Shown here: positions 35,872 through 36,485 of the stretch, one piece after another
Numbering within the stretch: the first letter of the stretch is position 1
Layout of the letters: every line of letters starts with the position of its first letter
Assembly (NCBI GenBank): GCA_041821485.1
Contig: JBGUEF010000003.1
Coordinates: forward strand, 1-36,485
DNA: 36,485 nt
Source of the DNA: Deltaproteobacteria bacterium
GTDB taxonomy: Bacteria; Myxococcota_A; Polyangia; Polyangiales; Houyiibacteriaceae
Reading direction: 5' to 3'
Translations under genes and position numbers: made by a program
The notes under the pieces: generated by a model
What the model saw: only the letters and a program-made list of their open reading frames with translations
What the model was told of the DNA's origin: nothing
The model's database searches: none

Positions 35872-36461
35872 TCGGGCACCCTCACGTATTCGCTGCGGAA
35901 CTCGATGGTGCGCTCGGCGCGGCAGATCCGGCGGCGAACGATGTTCACGGTGATTGGGCCGACCGGATCATTGCCGGAAGTCGGCCGAATCAGCTCGCTG
36001 CACTGCTTCTTCGAGATTGGATTGAACTCCGCCTTCACGACGAAGTACATCTCCTTCCCCTTCTGCGGCTCATAGTTCTTGGGTTCGCCGGCGAACAAGC
36101 CCTCGACAGACAGACACCTGTCGAGGACCTGCTCGAGACTCTTGAGGCGCTCGGTCTGATTGCCGATTCGGACGAGATAGCCGTCGTCCCAGAGGTCGAG
36201 AGTCACGTCGCAGGCGAACTGGCGCACCGACATTCGCCAGTTGGATCCCTTCAGGTGCGATCCAACAGTCACGACGAGTCGCTTGCGCAACCCGCTCGAG
36301 AGTTCTTCTCTCACGCGCTCGTCAGCGAGGTCCTTGACTGAGAACGACACCTTTGGAGCGCCGCGCGACCAGGTGACGCCGACGTCCCGAGGGGGCAATT
36401 GGGACTGCGCGTACGCGGCGCTCGCCGTCAGCAAGACTAGTGCTGCAAGCCAGTACTTCAC
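35868..36461 (-). CDS. Exported DUF4390-like protein
   Basis: Signal peptide ending AYA. Features EELSSGL, DLWDDGY and a C-terminal F.S strand. Overlaps the NtrY-like kinase start, the usual DUF4390 context. Confidence 0.7.
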   Translation of the reverse strand: MKYWLAALVLLTASAAYAQSQLPPRDVGVTWSRGAPKVSFSVKDLADERVREELSSGLRKRLVVTVGSHLKGSNWRMSVRQFACDVTLDLWDDGYLVRIGNQTERLKSLEQVLDRCLSVEGLFAGEPKNYEPQKGKEMYFVVKAEFNPISKKQCSELIRPTSGNDPVGPITVNIVRRRICRAERTIEFRSEYVRVPE

Positions 36462-36485
36462 AGCGGGATGAACCCCACGAGCGTC
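36458..36485 (-). CDS. 3' end of an upstream gene (partial)
   Basis: Open frame ...TLVGFIPL* whose TGA overlaps the GTG of the DUF4390-like gene. Too short to identify. Confidence 0.35.

Noticed and set aside
1-36485. Prophage, IS, CRISPR, tRNA/rRNA or anti-phage defence island
   Set aside because: No integrase, transposase, repeat-spacer array or structural RNA signature was seen; the content is mostly housekeeping.

Overview
GC-rich, gene-dense bacterial chromosome segment; gene content and a Myxococcus-type LexA box suggest Myxococcota (inference). No rRNA, tRNA, CRISPR array, transposase or integrase was recognised. In order: a lower mevalonate-pathway cluster (divergent type 2 IPP isomerase; prenyl synthase, mevalonate kinase, diphosphomevalonate decarboxylase, phosphomevalonate kinase); a small membrane protein; divergent gshB/ggt; a minus-strand lytic transglycosylase, PP2C phosphatase and DUF2505-like run; a Cys-rich lipoprotein; two peptide-ABC permeases and an Fpg/Nei glycosylase; an NTT/MFS-HEAT transporter with a tandem cyclic-nucleotide-binding (CNB) protein; an SOS imuA-imuB-dnaE2 cassette; a MAPEG protein; a mycobacterial Sdh1-like succinate dehydrogenase operon with an extra coupled gene; an archaeal-type alanine dehydrogenase; a secreted Fam20C/Four-jointed-like kinase; aguA-aguB-thiE; a Fic-fold protein with a degenerate active site; and TlpA, an NtrY-like kinase and a DUF4390-like protein. 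The best novelty candidate is the signal-peptide-bearing Fam20/Four-jointed-like kinase (29504-30505). Next are the His-to-Tyr Fic variant and the NTT-HEAT plus degenerate double-CNB module. All family calls come from motif recognition, not database searches.
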